Shown piece by piece: positions 20,459-30,481 of a DNA stretch of 64,000 bases (positions within the stretch are counted from its first letter, which is position 1; the number at the start of each line of letters is the position of its first letter). Below the pieces are notes generated by a model. The model had not been told where the DNA came from and did not search any database. It was given only the letters and a program-made list of their open reading frames with translations. This stretch comes from an uncultured Chloroflexia bacterium (lineage in GTDB: Bacteria; Chloroflexota; Anaerolineae; CG2-30-64-16). A program made the position numbers and the translations under genes. Where the stretch lies: NCBI GenBank assembly GCA_963774265.1, contig CAVZDU010000003.1:448001-512000 (forward strand), given 5' to 3'.

Positions 20459-22307
20459 GTGGAGCGCATGGGACCGACTGGAATGCCTGCCGCCGACCTT
20501 CACCGCCGCGTCCGGCAACTGCTGGCCGCTGAACTCCCTGCCCCCCGTTCGCTGATCGTGGAAGGCCGCGCCATCGCGGCCGATCTCACCCTGGGACGCT
20601 CCCTCTTCTGCGAGCAACTTGGCGTGTCCTCTGAGGCCGAATACAAGGCGCGCTGCAAGGCCGACGGGACCATCATGTATCATGCCCATATCGGCATGGA
20701 CTCCTGGCCCGCCACGGTCGACGCCCTCCACTACATCCACCAGGTGGCGCAGCACGAAGGCTATCGCCTCGACCGCGCAGGCATCTGCCTCGACCGGCGC
20801 ATGGCCCTACCCGAGGCGTTCCGCCACGGCATCCCGGCGGAGACCGGCCCCCTGATCACCACCCCTGCCGAATGGCGGGAGATCGGCCAGGTCGTCCCGA
20901 TCCAGCCTCACATGGGCGATTTCATGATCGGATTCCCGGCCGCAACCCTCAACACCATCTACGCGCTCCGGGCCGGCGTCACCACCATCGGCAACCTTTC
21001 GCAGTACTTCAGCCACGAAGCGCCCATGTGGAAGAATCCTGTGACGACGGTCGCGGAGACGGTGCGCGCGGATCGCGATCCTGGGCGCACGCCGGGAGGA
21101 TGGGTTGCTGCTCCACTCGTACCTGGAAGACGGGTTCGGCGCGCTCTTCTTCGATTGCGCAACCGTGGCCGGCTGGGCCTACCTGGAGCGCTACATCGTG
21201 GAGAACCTGCTCGGCGCCAGGCTCAGCCACTGCATCGGCGGCCTGACCACCGATCCGGTCAAGCGCGCGGGCTGGGTGTTCGCGCTGGACGAGATCCACG
21301 ATCACGATTGTCTCGGCTCGATGATCTACGGCGACACCATCTCGCTCACCCGGGATTTCCCGCGCAACTGGGCTATCGTGGGCGAGTACCTGCTTTGGGA
21401 CATCCTGGCCCAGCTCGAGTGTCCGACAGGCCACGCGGTGCACCCCTTGCCGATCACCGAGGCCATCCGCATCCCATCCGCGGAGGAGATCGCTGAGATC
21501 CAGACCTTCGGCCGCCAGGTCGAGCGGACCGCGCGCCGGATGCACGGGGCGGTGGACTTCGGGCCGGCGCGCGCGTTCGCGCGCCAGATGACGGCCGCGG
21601 GCAAGGAAGTTTGCGAGGCTGCGCTGGCTGGATTGGAGGATGCGGGCGTCGACGTGCGGAATCCTCTTCAGCTCCTGTATGTGCTCGAGGGCCTGGGCCC
21701 GGTCGAGTTCGAGCGGCAGTTCGGCATCGGAGAGCTGGACGAGGCGACCGGACGCCGGAGGCCTCTTGCGCCCACGGACATATGTGCGCGTTCGCTGTCG
21801 ATCATCGACGAGCATTTGCCCATTTTCACCGCCGATAAGATGCGCGGCCTGATGGGAAGGCGGAAGCTTCTGCTGGCCTCCACCGACGTCCATCAGCATG
21901 CCATATTCGTCCTGGAGGCGTTGCTGCGCGAGGCAGGCGCGGATGTGGTCAACCTGGGCCCCGAGCAGAACGCGGCCGATGTGGCCGAGGGCGCGGCGGC
22001 GCATGGCGTCGAAGCGATTCTGCTCAGCACACACAACGGGATGGCGCTCGAATATGCGCAGCGGTTGCAGTCGGAGTTGTCCCGTCGCGGGGTGGATGCC
22101 CCGGTGTTGATGGGCGGCGTCCTGAATCAGAAGCTGGCCGACCGGCCGCTCCCCGCGGATGTGACCCTGGACCTCAAGCGGCTGGGCATCCATACGGGCG
22201 CGCTCACGGATGGCAGCGTGGGGCGGCTGCTGCCCGCAAGAGGAGACGTCTCATCGCTGAACGATCCCTTGATCACCGCTTTCGTGGGAGACTGCACCTT
22301 TCAGTGA
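20459..22307 (+). CDS. cobalamin-dependent mutase-like protein (catalytic barrel + C-terminal B12-binding domain), frameshift near 21070
   Basis: C-terminal LLASTDVHQHA, VVNLG, LLSTHNG and LMGGVL B12-binding Rossmann motifs; about 450-aa N-terminal domain with PHMGDFMIG and GVTTIGN. Confidence 0.7.
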
Positions 22308-22309
22308 GC

Positions 22310-22795
22310 TTAGCCGCTGGTGAAGCGGTCCCGGAACACGTCGATCTGGCCGCAGTGCTCGCGCTTGTGTGCGTAGAAGCTATACACGATGTAGTCCTCC
22401 AGGTCGTAGTTATCGCCGTACCAGGGCAGGATGCCGTTCTGCCGCCAGGCGCCGGACGGGATCAGGTCAGCCAGCGCAGCCACCTGCTCGTACGCAGTCG
22501 TATACTCCGTCATCGCCTCGTCCATCGACATGGCCTTGCGCAACACGTCCACCTGCCGGTCGTTAAACGCCTGGCCATCACGGCTGATCTCATCGACAAG
22601 CGGCGTCGGGCAGGGTTCGATAATGTTTCCCAGAACCTCGACCAGGACCAATTCGTACGAAGACAGGTGCGCGACCAGATCCTTGACTGACCAGTATCCC
22701 AAGGCCTCCGGGATGGCAACCCTGTCCCGGGGGAAGCGTTCAACAGTCCGCATCACGGTCAGATGGCCATATTTCAGAACATCTCGTGGGTTCAT
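22310..22795 (-). CDS. DinB/ClbS-like four-helix bundle protein
   Basis: WSVKDLVAHL and HKREH motifs. Confidence 0.8.
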   Translation of the reverse strand: MNPRDVLKYGHLTVMRTVERFPRDRVAIPEALGYWSVKDLVAHLSSYELVLVEVLGNIIEPCPTPLVDEISRDGQAFNDRQVDVLRKAMSMDEAMTEYTTAYEQVAALADLIPSGAWRQNGILPWYGDNYDLEDYIVYSFYAHKREHCGQIDVFRDRFTSG

Positions 22796-23009
22796 TTCTA
22801 TCGGCCTTTCTCGCTGCCGGAGTAAAATGTCTGAGCGACAGGCGCCGGGCAGAGGCTTTGCGGCAGCTATCCAACTAAACGTAGCTTAAGATACGTTTTA
22901 CGGACGTAGCATCACTTCCAAACCCGCGACCGCGCGTCCTTTCATTCTGGCGCTTTGGGTGTACAATATCGCTCAATTGACGCCCGACACCACTGGGAGG
23001 TTCTCAACC

Positions 23010-23689
23010 ATGAGTCCTAAAAAAACCACAAAAGCGCAGCCGGTCGAGCCTGGTCGCGACCCCGAGCAAGCTGGCAGCCAGCCGCAAGGGAGCGGCGCCG
23101 AGGAGACGCGCCTGCTGGACCTCAACGCGCTGCTGAGCGGCCCGCCCCAAGGGGCAGGAGAGACAGGAGCTGCGCCGGGGACACCCCCTGCGGACCTGGG
23201 TGATCTGCTCACCGGGCTTTTGGGCGGCGGAGGCGAAGGCGCCGGGTTGGGACTCGATGGGATCGCAGAGCGCTCCGGGGTGTCCAGATCCGCGCTTTCG
23301 GCAGCCCTGCCCCTGGTGCTGGGCGCCCTGCTCAAACCCGGCAAGCAGCAGGCGGCCGGTGGCCTGGCCAGTCTCGCCGCGGCGGGAAGCCGGTCGATTC
23401 CGCATCGTTGGAGGCCACCGGTCTGCCGGAGGAGCTGGCAAAAAAGGCGGGCATCGACGGCAAGACCGCCATGACGATCATCCAGGCCGTCCTGAAGGCG
23501 TTGGGCGTAGGAAAGACGACCGCCAAGGCGAAACCCAAGAAGAAGCCGAAGACCACTGCCAAGCCCAAGGCGAAACCGAAGCCGAAGACTGCTGCCAAGC
23601 CTAAGGCAAAACCGAAGCCAAAGACCACCGCCAAGCCCAAAGCCACGGCGAAACCGAAATCGAAGACGACGAGCAGCGCGAAGAAGTAG
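23010..23689 (+). CDS. DUF937-like helical protein with a histone H1-like Lys/Pro/Ala tail, frameshift near 23400
   Basis: LDGIAERSGVSRSALSAALPLVLGAL and LAKKAGIDGKTA helices, then KPKAKPKPKT(T/A)A repeats to the TAG at 23689. Confidence 0.6.
23522..23662 (+). repeat. coding tandem repeat with about 36-bp period (12-aa AKPKAKPKPKTT units)
   Basis: GCCAAGCC(C/T)AAGGC(G/A)AAACCGAAGCC(G/A)AAGAC recurs with synonymous variation. Confidence 0.75.
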
Positions 23690-23798
23690 CCGGCCAAGCC
23701 AGTCGCCAGCGCCAAGCGCCCAGGTAGTTTGACCGTGGCTCCGGCCGCCGGCTCAAGCACCTGGGCGCTACCCCGGCCAGGCGAGGACAGCGAGGAAC

Positions 23799-24716
23799 AT
23801 GAAGATCGACGCAACCACAGCCACCCCGCACATCACACGCTCGCATCGCGGCTTGTTGCTCGCCGCATCCATCATGACGACCCTGCTGGTGACACTCGGC
23901 GGCATCGTCTGCGCGACCGAGTCTGGCGCAGGCTGCCCCGACTGGCCGGGCTGTTACGGCCGCATCGTGCCGCCGCCGCAGATCAATGCGATCATCGAGT
24001 ATACGCACCGCCTGGTCGCGGCCCTGACGTCGCCGCTGATCATCGCAGCCGCAGCCGTCAGCTGGCGAAATGCCCGCGCAATCCGATGGGTGAGCCGCCC
24101 GCTTGCGATCTCGATCGTTTTTCTCCTGGCCGTCGTCACCTTCGGCGCGTTCGCAGTGCTGACCGGCCTGCCGCCGATTCTCGCCGCCATCGACCTTGGT
24201 TCCGCACTGATCGTGCTGGCGCTCGTTGTCACCGCAACGGTGGTCGCTCGGGCGCGGTGGTCGGATCCTGACCTGCCGGATCGTCTCTCGTTTAGCAGCA
24301 TCCCTGCCCTGCTCGGCATCGGGGCGCTGGCCGCGGTCTTCGCCTTGCACGTGAGCGGCGTGCTGGTCGCCGGCAAGGGTTCGCTCACGCGCTGCCTTGG
24401 CTGGCCGATGTGGCGGCTGCTGCCGGACGATCTTGCGGGTTGGCCACAAATCGCCAGGCTCGCTCTTGCGGCAGTCGCGGCCGTGCTGGTCTTGGCTGTG
24501 ACGGTCCAGGCGTGGAGATCCGGGCGTAGACGCGCCGCCGCGGCGGCCGGTGCGGCGTTTCTGGCCGAAATGGCCACGAGCGTGCTGTTGTTGACCGCGG
24601 GCACCAGCCCACTCTTGCTGGTGATCCACGTCGCCGCGGCCGCGAGTCTGTGGGCCGTGCTCGTAGTGTTAGCAGTGCTTTCAGGAGAAAACCAATGCAG
24701 CAGAATGACTGGGTGA
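23799..24716 (+). CDS. COX15/CtaA heme A synthase-family membrane protein
   Basis: GAGCPDWPGCYG and IEYTHRLVA motifs, second C..WP motif, about 8 TM segments. Confidence 0.8.
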   Translation: MKIDATTATPHITRSHRGLLLAASIMTTLLVTLGGIVCATESGAGCPDWPGCYGRIVPPPQINAIIEYTHRLVAALTSPLIIAAAAVSWRNARAIRWVSRPLAISIVFLLAVVTFGAFAVLTGLPPILAAIDLGSALIVLALVVTATVVARARWSDPDLPDRLSFSSIPALLGIGALAAVFALHVSGVLVAGKGSLTRCLGWPMWRLLPDDLAGWPQIARLALAAVAAVLVLAVTVQAWRSGRRRAAAAAGAAFLAEMATSVLLLTAGTSPLLLVIHVAAAASLWAVLVVLAVLSGENQCSRMTG

Positions 24717-25030
24717 AGGAATTTCCGTGCACGATCTGGGTGTGCGACCGGGATGGCATCATGCTTGAAATGAACGACCACGCGGCAGACACGCAGGAGG
24801 GGGGTCGCGACCTGATCGGGACGAACATCCTCGACTGTCATCCCGAGCCCGCGGCCATGAAGCTCGCAGAGCTGCTGGCCAGCGGGCAGGCGAACATCTA
24901 CACGATCGAGAAGGCCGGCAAGCGGAAGCTGATTTACCAGGCGCCATGGTATGAGGACGGGGTCTATGCGGGGTTCGTGGAGCTATCGCTGCCCCTGCCG
25001 GCTGAGATGCCGCATTTCGTGCGGAGCTGA
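24695..25030 (+). CDS. stand-alone PAS-domain protein
   Basis: IWVCDRDGIMLEMND, LIGTNILDCHPEP and YTIEKAGKRKLIYQAPWY. Confidence 0.75.
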   Translation: MQQNDWVKEFPCTIWVCDRDGIMLEMNDHAADTQEGGRDLIGTNILDCHPEPAAMKLAELLASGQANIYTIEKAGKRKLIYQAPWYEDGVYAGFVELSLPLPAEMPHFVRS

Positions 25031-25077
25031 AAGCAAACAGCCGGGGAGTTCTCAATACCGAGACCTGATCGCCCGGC

Positions 25078-26173
25078 TCAGCTGACCTTCCCACGCGCCG
25101 CGATGGGCCAGACCGCCTCCAGCACGCCCGCCGCGGATCACATGGTACTCGTCGTGCAGGTTGATGGTGGTGCAGCCGTGGTTGGGCACGAGCTCGACCT
25201 TGTCGCCGAGTTTGAGTGGCGCGCCACCGTGCGCCGCAGGTGGCCGTGCTCCTCCGATAGACCGACGAGCTCCCAGCCCGGCGGTGCGCTGAGCCTGGGC
25301 AGTCCGAAGTCGCGCGTGAGCGTCTTGAGCCCGGCGTCGATGATCACCCGGTCGAGCAGAACGCACGCTGGTCACCGTCGCCAGCACCGTCAGCCCATAG
25401 GCAAAGTCGATGCCGACCTCCTCCCGATACTGGCTGTCCATCGTGATGTACGAACCGACCTGGATCTCAGTGACGCCAGGATGGCGCCCCGTGATGAGGC
25501 TGGTGCCGGTGCCGCCGCTGCTCACAATCTTGACCGGGATGCCGTGGCGCCGCAGAAGATCGGCCGTATCCACCAGCTGTATCACGCTGGCTTCGGTCTT
25601 TTCGCGGCGCTCCTCCAGGTCCTGGATGAACACCGTGTGACCTTCGTAACCCATCAGCCCCTCAAGACGGAGGCCGGGGGATGCGGCGACGCGCTGCGCC
25701 AATTCAAGGGCCGGCGCACCAGGCAGCACCCCGCAGCGATCCATGCCGATATTGAGCTCGACCAGGACTCGCAGCCGTATGCCCTTCGCTTGCGCCGCCG
25801 CATCCAGCTCGGCTACGTTCGCCGCGTCATCTACGGCCACCATGACCTCGGTGTAGCCCGCCAGGTTCACCAGTCTCGCAATCTTGCCGGCGCCAACGAC
25901 CTGGTTGGCGATCAGGATGTCTTTGATGCCTGCGGCGGCCATCACCTCCGCTTCGCCCAGCTTGGCACACGTGATGCCGATCGCGCCCGCCGCGATCTGC
26001 ATTTGTGCGAGCATCGGGGACTTGTGCGTCTTAGCGTGCGGGCGCAGACGCACCGGACCGTCTCGAAAGAGGTCAGCCATGCGCTGGATATTCGTCTCGA
26101 CGGCCTCGATATCCAGGCACAATGCCGGAGTATCCAGGTCAGCCTTTGCGGTGCCGACAGATGATCGTGCCAC
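25078..26173 (-). CDS. PLP fold-type III enzyme (DSD1/D-threonine aldolase family), frameshifts near the 3' end
   Basis: LDTPAL, LRPHAKTHK PLP lysine, RCGV, GLMGYEGH, SGGTGT, PNHGCTTINLH and WPIAARG. Confidence 0.88.
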
Positions 26174-26230
26174 GCTTCTTCTCCCTTCGATATCGTGTAG
26201 CAGCGGTGAACAGGGCCAAACGGGCACGCA

Positions 26231-27535
26231 TCACGTGAGCCAATCGGCGATGGTCAGGGCGTAGGTCTTGGTCAGGGTGATCAGGTCCTCTACGGACACC
26301 CACTCATCCGGCGCGTGCGCGTTGGCCCCGCGTGGGCCCAGGATCACGACGGGTGTGGGGCTGTGCAGGTTAAAGATGAATCCATCGCAGGCGAACGGCG
26401 CAGGCCCGAACGTCGGTGGCAGACCGGTTAGCGAGCCCAGGTTGGCTGCCAACGCCCCAACGGCGGGATGATCTTCGACCATGCTGCTGCCGGCCAGGAA
26501 GCGCGTACGTTCTTCCCAGCGCGTGGTCACCCGCTGCAAAGTGGGTGTCGTTTCGGTCGCACGGGCGACCACCCCTTTGAGCTCCGTTTGCAGCTCATCT
26601 TCGGTCACCCCAGGCGGAATCTCGATCCAGAACTCCACCCAGGCAGTGTCGGGGATGGCTTCGCCGGTGCCCCACGGCAACAACTCACCGGCCCGCAATA
26701 CGAAGGGCATGAGGGGAAACACGTCGTTCTCGAACCCTTTGGGTTTCGGCCGCGCCTGGCGTTCCGTGTTGTAATTGTCCAGCGCGGCCAGCAGGTGGCC
26801 GAGCGCGGTCGTCGGGTCGCGCCAGACCGTCTTACCGAACCCCATGCCTGCCCCCTGAGAACTGGTGAAGAGGCGGAACTGCTGGCCGCCACGGTGTGCC
26901 GTGCTGACCAGCATGTTATTCGGCTCGGGCAAGATGGCAAGATCGGCGTTGTAACCGCGCAACCGGCAGGCCAGGGTCCCCTGGGCGCTGCCGAACTCCT
27001 CGTCAACCACGGTCTCCAGGATCAGATCGCCTTTCAGCGGCAAGCCCAGCTCACGAATGCAGGCCGCGGCGGTAAGATACGCGGCGATGCCGCCCTTCAT
27101 GTCGCTGGCCCCGCGGCCGTACAGGCTGCCGTCCACCACCGTGCCATCCCACCAGCCATACGTCCCTTCGCCCACGGCCGGCACTACGTCGACGTGGCCG
27201 GTAAACAGCAAGGACCTGCGCCCCGATGCCAGGCCCACATCGCCGCCCGGCAACGGCGTCAACACGCCAACGACGTTGGGCCGATCGGTGTAGTCATGCC
27301 CTGGCCAGTACGCCGGATGTTCGGTCAGGCCTGCAACTTCGAGCGGGTTGAAGACATCCAGCTGGCAGCCGAGGTCGCGCAGGTAATCGGCGACGAACAT
27401 CTGGCACGCCTTTTCGGCGCCGTGCGGCGGCTTGTTCTCGCTGGGTATGCGCACCAGGGATTGCGCCAGCCCGACCACATCGGCCCGGTGGGACTCAACC
27501 CACGCCAGGATCGCGTCGCGTGGTACCGTGGTCAT
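26231..27535 (-). CDS. M20/ArgE-DapE family metallo-deacylase
   Basis: TGHVDVVP, YGRGASDMKGG, VDEE and AHAPDEWV. Confidence 0.9.
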   Translation of the reverse strand: MTTVPRDAILAWVESHRADVVGLAQSLVRIPSENKPPHGAEKACQMFVADYLRDLGCQLDVFNPLEVAGLTEHPAYWPGHDYTDRPNVVGVLTPLPGGDVGLASGRRSLLFTGHVDVVPAVGEGTYGWWDGTVVDGSLYGRGASDMKGGIAAYLTAAACIRELGLPLKGDLILETVVDEEFGSAQGTLACRLRGYNADLAILPEPNNMLVSTAHRGGQQFRLFTSSQGAGMGFGKTVWRDPTTALGHLLAALDNYNTERQARPKPKGFENDVFPLMPFVLRAGELLPWGTGEAIPDTAWVEFWIEIPPGVTEDELQTELKGVVARATETTPTLQRVTTRWEERTRFLAGSSMVEDHPAVGALAANLGSLTGLPPTFGPAPFACDGFIFNLHSPTPVVILGPRGANAHAPDEWVSVEDLITLTKTYALTIADWLT

Positions 27536-27565
27536 GATCGGTTATCCTCCCCTGTCTCGCGCAGA

Positions 27566-28321
27566 TCAATCCGCCAACTGTCCGCCGTCAATGAGGATTG
27601 CATCGCCGTGGACAAACGAGGCATCGTCTGAGGCCAGGAAGGCAATCACCGCAGCAACCTCTTCCGGCTTGCCCGTGCGCCGCAGCGGGATCTTGTTCTG
27701 GATGTAAGCGTTCACAAACTCGTCGCTGTCCATGGACGAGGTGCTCTCGGTGACGATGTAGCCGGGACAGACGCAGTTGACCCGGATGCCGTAAGGGCCC
27801 AGCTCAAGCGCCAGCGTCTTCGTGAGCAGCACCACGCCGCCCTTGGCGGCATTGTAGTGCGCGTAGTACCGCTCACCCGCCAGCCCATTGGTCGACGCCA
27901 TGTTGACGATCACGCCCGCGCGGCGCTCCTTGAAGTGGGGAATCACCGCCTGGGTCATCAGAAACGTACCCTTCAGGTCCACGTTCATGATGCTGTCCCA
28001 GCGCGCCTCAGTGATGTCCTCAAAATGGTCCTCGTAGTAAATGCCGGCGTTATTGACCAGGATATCCACGCCGCCCATCGTCGCCAGCGCCTCCTGAACG
28101 GTGGCCAGGTCATCCGCCTTGACCGACACATCCGCGGCAAAGGGATAGACAGCCGCCCCCGTCTCAGCGGCGATCTGTCGCGCTGTGGCATCGGCAGCGG
28201 CGCCGTCCACGTCCGTCAACATGATAGTCGCGCCCTCGGCCGCAAAACGGGCCACCGTCGCTTTTCCGATGCCATTCGCCCCGCCGGTAACGATCACCCG
28301 CTTGCCCTCGAATCTGCGCAT
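27566..28321 (-). CDS. classical SDR oxidoreductase
   Basis: TGGANGIG, NNAG, YNAAK and PGYIVT. Confidence 0.92.
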   Translation of the reverse strand: MRRFEGKRVIVTGGANGIGKATVARFAAEGATIMLTDVDGAAADATARQIAAETGAAVYPFAADVSVKADDLATVQEALATMGGVDILVNNAGIYYEDHFEDITEARWDSIMNVDLKGTFLMTQAVIPHFKERRAGVIVNMASTNGLAGERYYAHYNAAKGGVVLLTKTLALELGPYGIRVNCVCPGYIVTESTSSMDSDEFVNAYIQNKIPLRRTGKPEEVAAVIAFLASDDASFVHGDAILIDGGQLAD

Positions 28322-28420
28322 GCTGTCCTCCTGACAGCGATTATAGTATCATAGCGGCGCAGTGTGCCAACGAGCGGCGACTGCGTGACCCTCACCTGAA
28401 GCCCGGACTTCGGATTCGCC

Positions 28421-28450
28421 TTGACAGGAGTGTGTCCCTGGCCGTACACT
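28421..28450 (+). promoter_or_regulatory. sigma70 promoter of the kinase-cutC-fusion operon
   Basis: TTGACA 28421-28426, 18 nt, TACACT 28445-28450. Confidence 0.6.
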
Positions 28451-28547
28451 ACGAGAAGTCTTCGGCTCCGGGCTTGTCAGCCATGACAGACCCACGCGCA
28501 GCCGGCCGACGAGATCGGGCGCTACTAAACGCTGGGAGCGTACGTGG

Positions 28548-29648
28548 ATGATCCCCGGACTTGACGAAGTCGCCAGGCAATTCTGTTTCCAGGGCCACTG
28601 CATCGAGGCGATGCCCTACGGCACCGGGCACATCAACCGCACCTACGTAACTCGCTGCGCCGCGCCCGGGGATGGCCGCCGCCGCTATCTTCTGCAGTGC
28701 ATTAATGTCAACGTCTTCCCCGATCCCCCCGCCCTGATGGAGAACATCGAGCGGGTCACCCGTCATCTGCGGTCCAGGATCTCCGCGGCCGGCGGCGATC
28801 CGCAGCGCGAAACACTGAATCTTGTTCCCACCACAGACGGCGCCCTTTTTCACAAGGATTCGGCCGGGAACACCTGGCGAGCCTACCTGTTCATCGAAGG
28901 CGCGCAGGCCTATGAAATGGCGACCAGCCTGGCGCATGTCTACAACGCAGGCCAGGCCTTCGGCAACTTCCAGCGCATGCTGGCGGATTTCCCGGCCAAC
29001 GCGCTGCACGAGGTGCTGCCGGGCTTCCACGACACCCCCCGCCGCTTTGCCGCCTTCGTTGAAACTTTGGCGCGCGATCGGGTTAACCGGGCGGCGGGCG
29101 CGCGGGAGGAGATCAGATTCATCGAGCAGCGCGCTTCAGAGACCGCCGTGCTGGCAGAGCTCCTGGACCAGGGGAGGCTGCCGATTCAGGTGACCCACTA
29201 CGATGCCAAGTTCAGCAACGTGCTGATGGATGATATCACCGGGAAGGGCCTGTGCGTGATCGATCTGGACACGGTCATGGCGGGTTCGGTGCTATATGAC
29301 TTCGGGGACGCGGCGCGGGCCGGGGCCGCGCTGGCAGCCGAGGATGAGCCCGATTTCGCCCGAGCCGGCATCTCGCTGGAGACCTTCGAGGCCCTCACGC
29401 GCGGCTACCTCGACGCGGCGCGCGGCTTCCTGACCCCGACCGAACTCGACTATCTCCCCTTCGCTGCCCGGCTGATCACCCTGGAGCAGGCCATCCGCTT
29501 CCTGAACGATTACCTGAACGGCGATATCTACTACAAGATAAACCGGCCGGCCCATAACCTGGACCGCGCACGCACGCAGATCCAAATGCTGCATGACATG
29601 GAAAAGCAGTATGACAGCATGGTTGCGATCGTAACGCGGTACCGGTGA
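28548..29648 (+). CDS. APH-fold sugar kinase (N-acetylhexosamine 1-kinase/MdsC-like)
   Basis: GTGHINRTY, LQCIN, GFHDTP, THYDAKFSNV, VIDLDTVM and RFLNDYLNGDIYYK. Confidence 0.8.
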   Translation: MIPGLDEVARQFCFQGHCIEAMPYGTGHINRTYVTRCAAPGDGRRRYLLQCINVNVFPDPPALMENIERVTRHLRSRISAAGGDPQRETLNLVPTTDGALFHKDSAGNTWRAYLFIEGAQAYEMATSLAHVYNAGQAFGNFQRMLADFPANALHEVLPGFHDTPRRFAAFVETLARDRVNRAAGAREEIRFIEQRASETAVLAELLDQGRLPIQVTHYDAKFSNVLMDDITGKGLCVIDLDTVMAGSVLYDFGDAARAGAALAAEDEPDFARAGISLETFEALTRGYLDAARGFLTPTELDYLPFAARLITLEQAIRFLNDYLNGDIYYKINRPAHNLDRARTQIQMLHDMEKQYDSMVAIVTRYR

Positions 29649-29679
29649 CGTGATAGGGTCGCGTAGAATCGGAGGAACC

Positions 29680-30462
29680 ATGAACGGCAAACCGGAAGTA
29701 ACGGAGGGGCGCACCAGCGTGATTCTCGAAGCTTGCGTCGACTCCGTCGAAGCTGCGCTGGCTGCACAGGCAGGGGGCGCAGATCGCGTGGAGTTGTGCG
29801 CCGATCTACTCGCAGGCGGATGCACGCCCAGCCCGGGGACAATTCAGCTTGCCCGCGAGCTCCTTGCCATCCCCATGCATGTCATTATCCGGCCGCGCGG
29901 TGGCGACTTCTGCTATTCGGACGCCGAGTTCGCAGCGATGAGGCTGGACATCGACTACTGCAAGCAGGTGGGTGCGCAGGGTGTGGTGATCGGCATCCTC
30001 AATCCCGACGGCACGGTGGACAGCGGGCGCACGCGTGAGCTGATCGCACTGGCCCGGCCGCTGAGCGTCACCTTCCATCGCGCCTTCGATATGACGGTTG
30101 ATCCATTTGCGGCGCTCGAAATGCTGATCCACCTGGGGGTCGATCGCATCCTGACAACCGGCCAGGAAGCGTCAGTGCTGGAGGGGTTGGATCTGATCGC
30201 CGACCTCGTCCGAAAGGCAGACGGGCTGGTGATCCTGATGCCTGGGGTGCCCGGCAACGTCAGCGAACGCAGCCTCGCCAGGATCATCACCCAAAGCGGC
30301 GCCCGTGAGGTGCATACTTATGCACCGATGACCCTCGACGGCCGGATGGTGTATCGCAACCCGCGCGTCTTCATGGGCGGCGAGCTGCGACCGCCCGAGT
30401 ATACCCTGAGCCTGACCGATGCAGAACGCATCCGGGTGCTTAAGGGCCTTCTGAAGAGCTGA
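29680..30462 (+). CDS. cutC: CutC-family (copper homeostasis) TIM-barrel protein
   Basis: EACVDS, GADRVELC, GGCTPS, IRPRGGDFCYS and TFHRAFD. Confidence 0.9.
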   Translation: MNGKPEVTEGRTSVILEACVDSVEAALAAQAGGADRVELCADLLAGGCTPSPGTIQLARELLAIPMHVIIRPRGGDFCYSDAEFAAMRLDIDYCKQVGAQGVVIGILNPDGTVDSGRTRELIALARPLSVTFHRAFDMTVDPFAALEMLIHLGVDRILTTGQEASVLEGLDLIADLVRKADGLVILMPGVPGNVSERSLARIITQSGAREVHTYAPMTLDGRMVYRNPRVFMGGELRPPEYTLSLTDAERIRVLKGLLKS

Positions 30463-30481
30463 CACGTCAGCGAAGGATCTC

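Noticed and set aside
29680-30462. Choline TMA-lyase CutC
   Set aside because: Name collision only; this is the ~260-aa TIM barrel, not a glycyl-radical enzyme.
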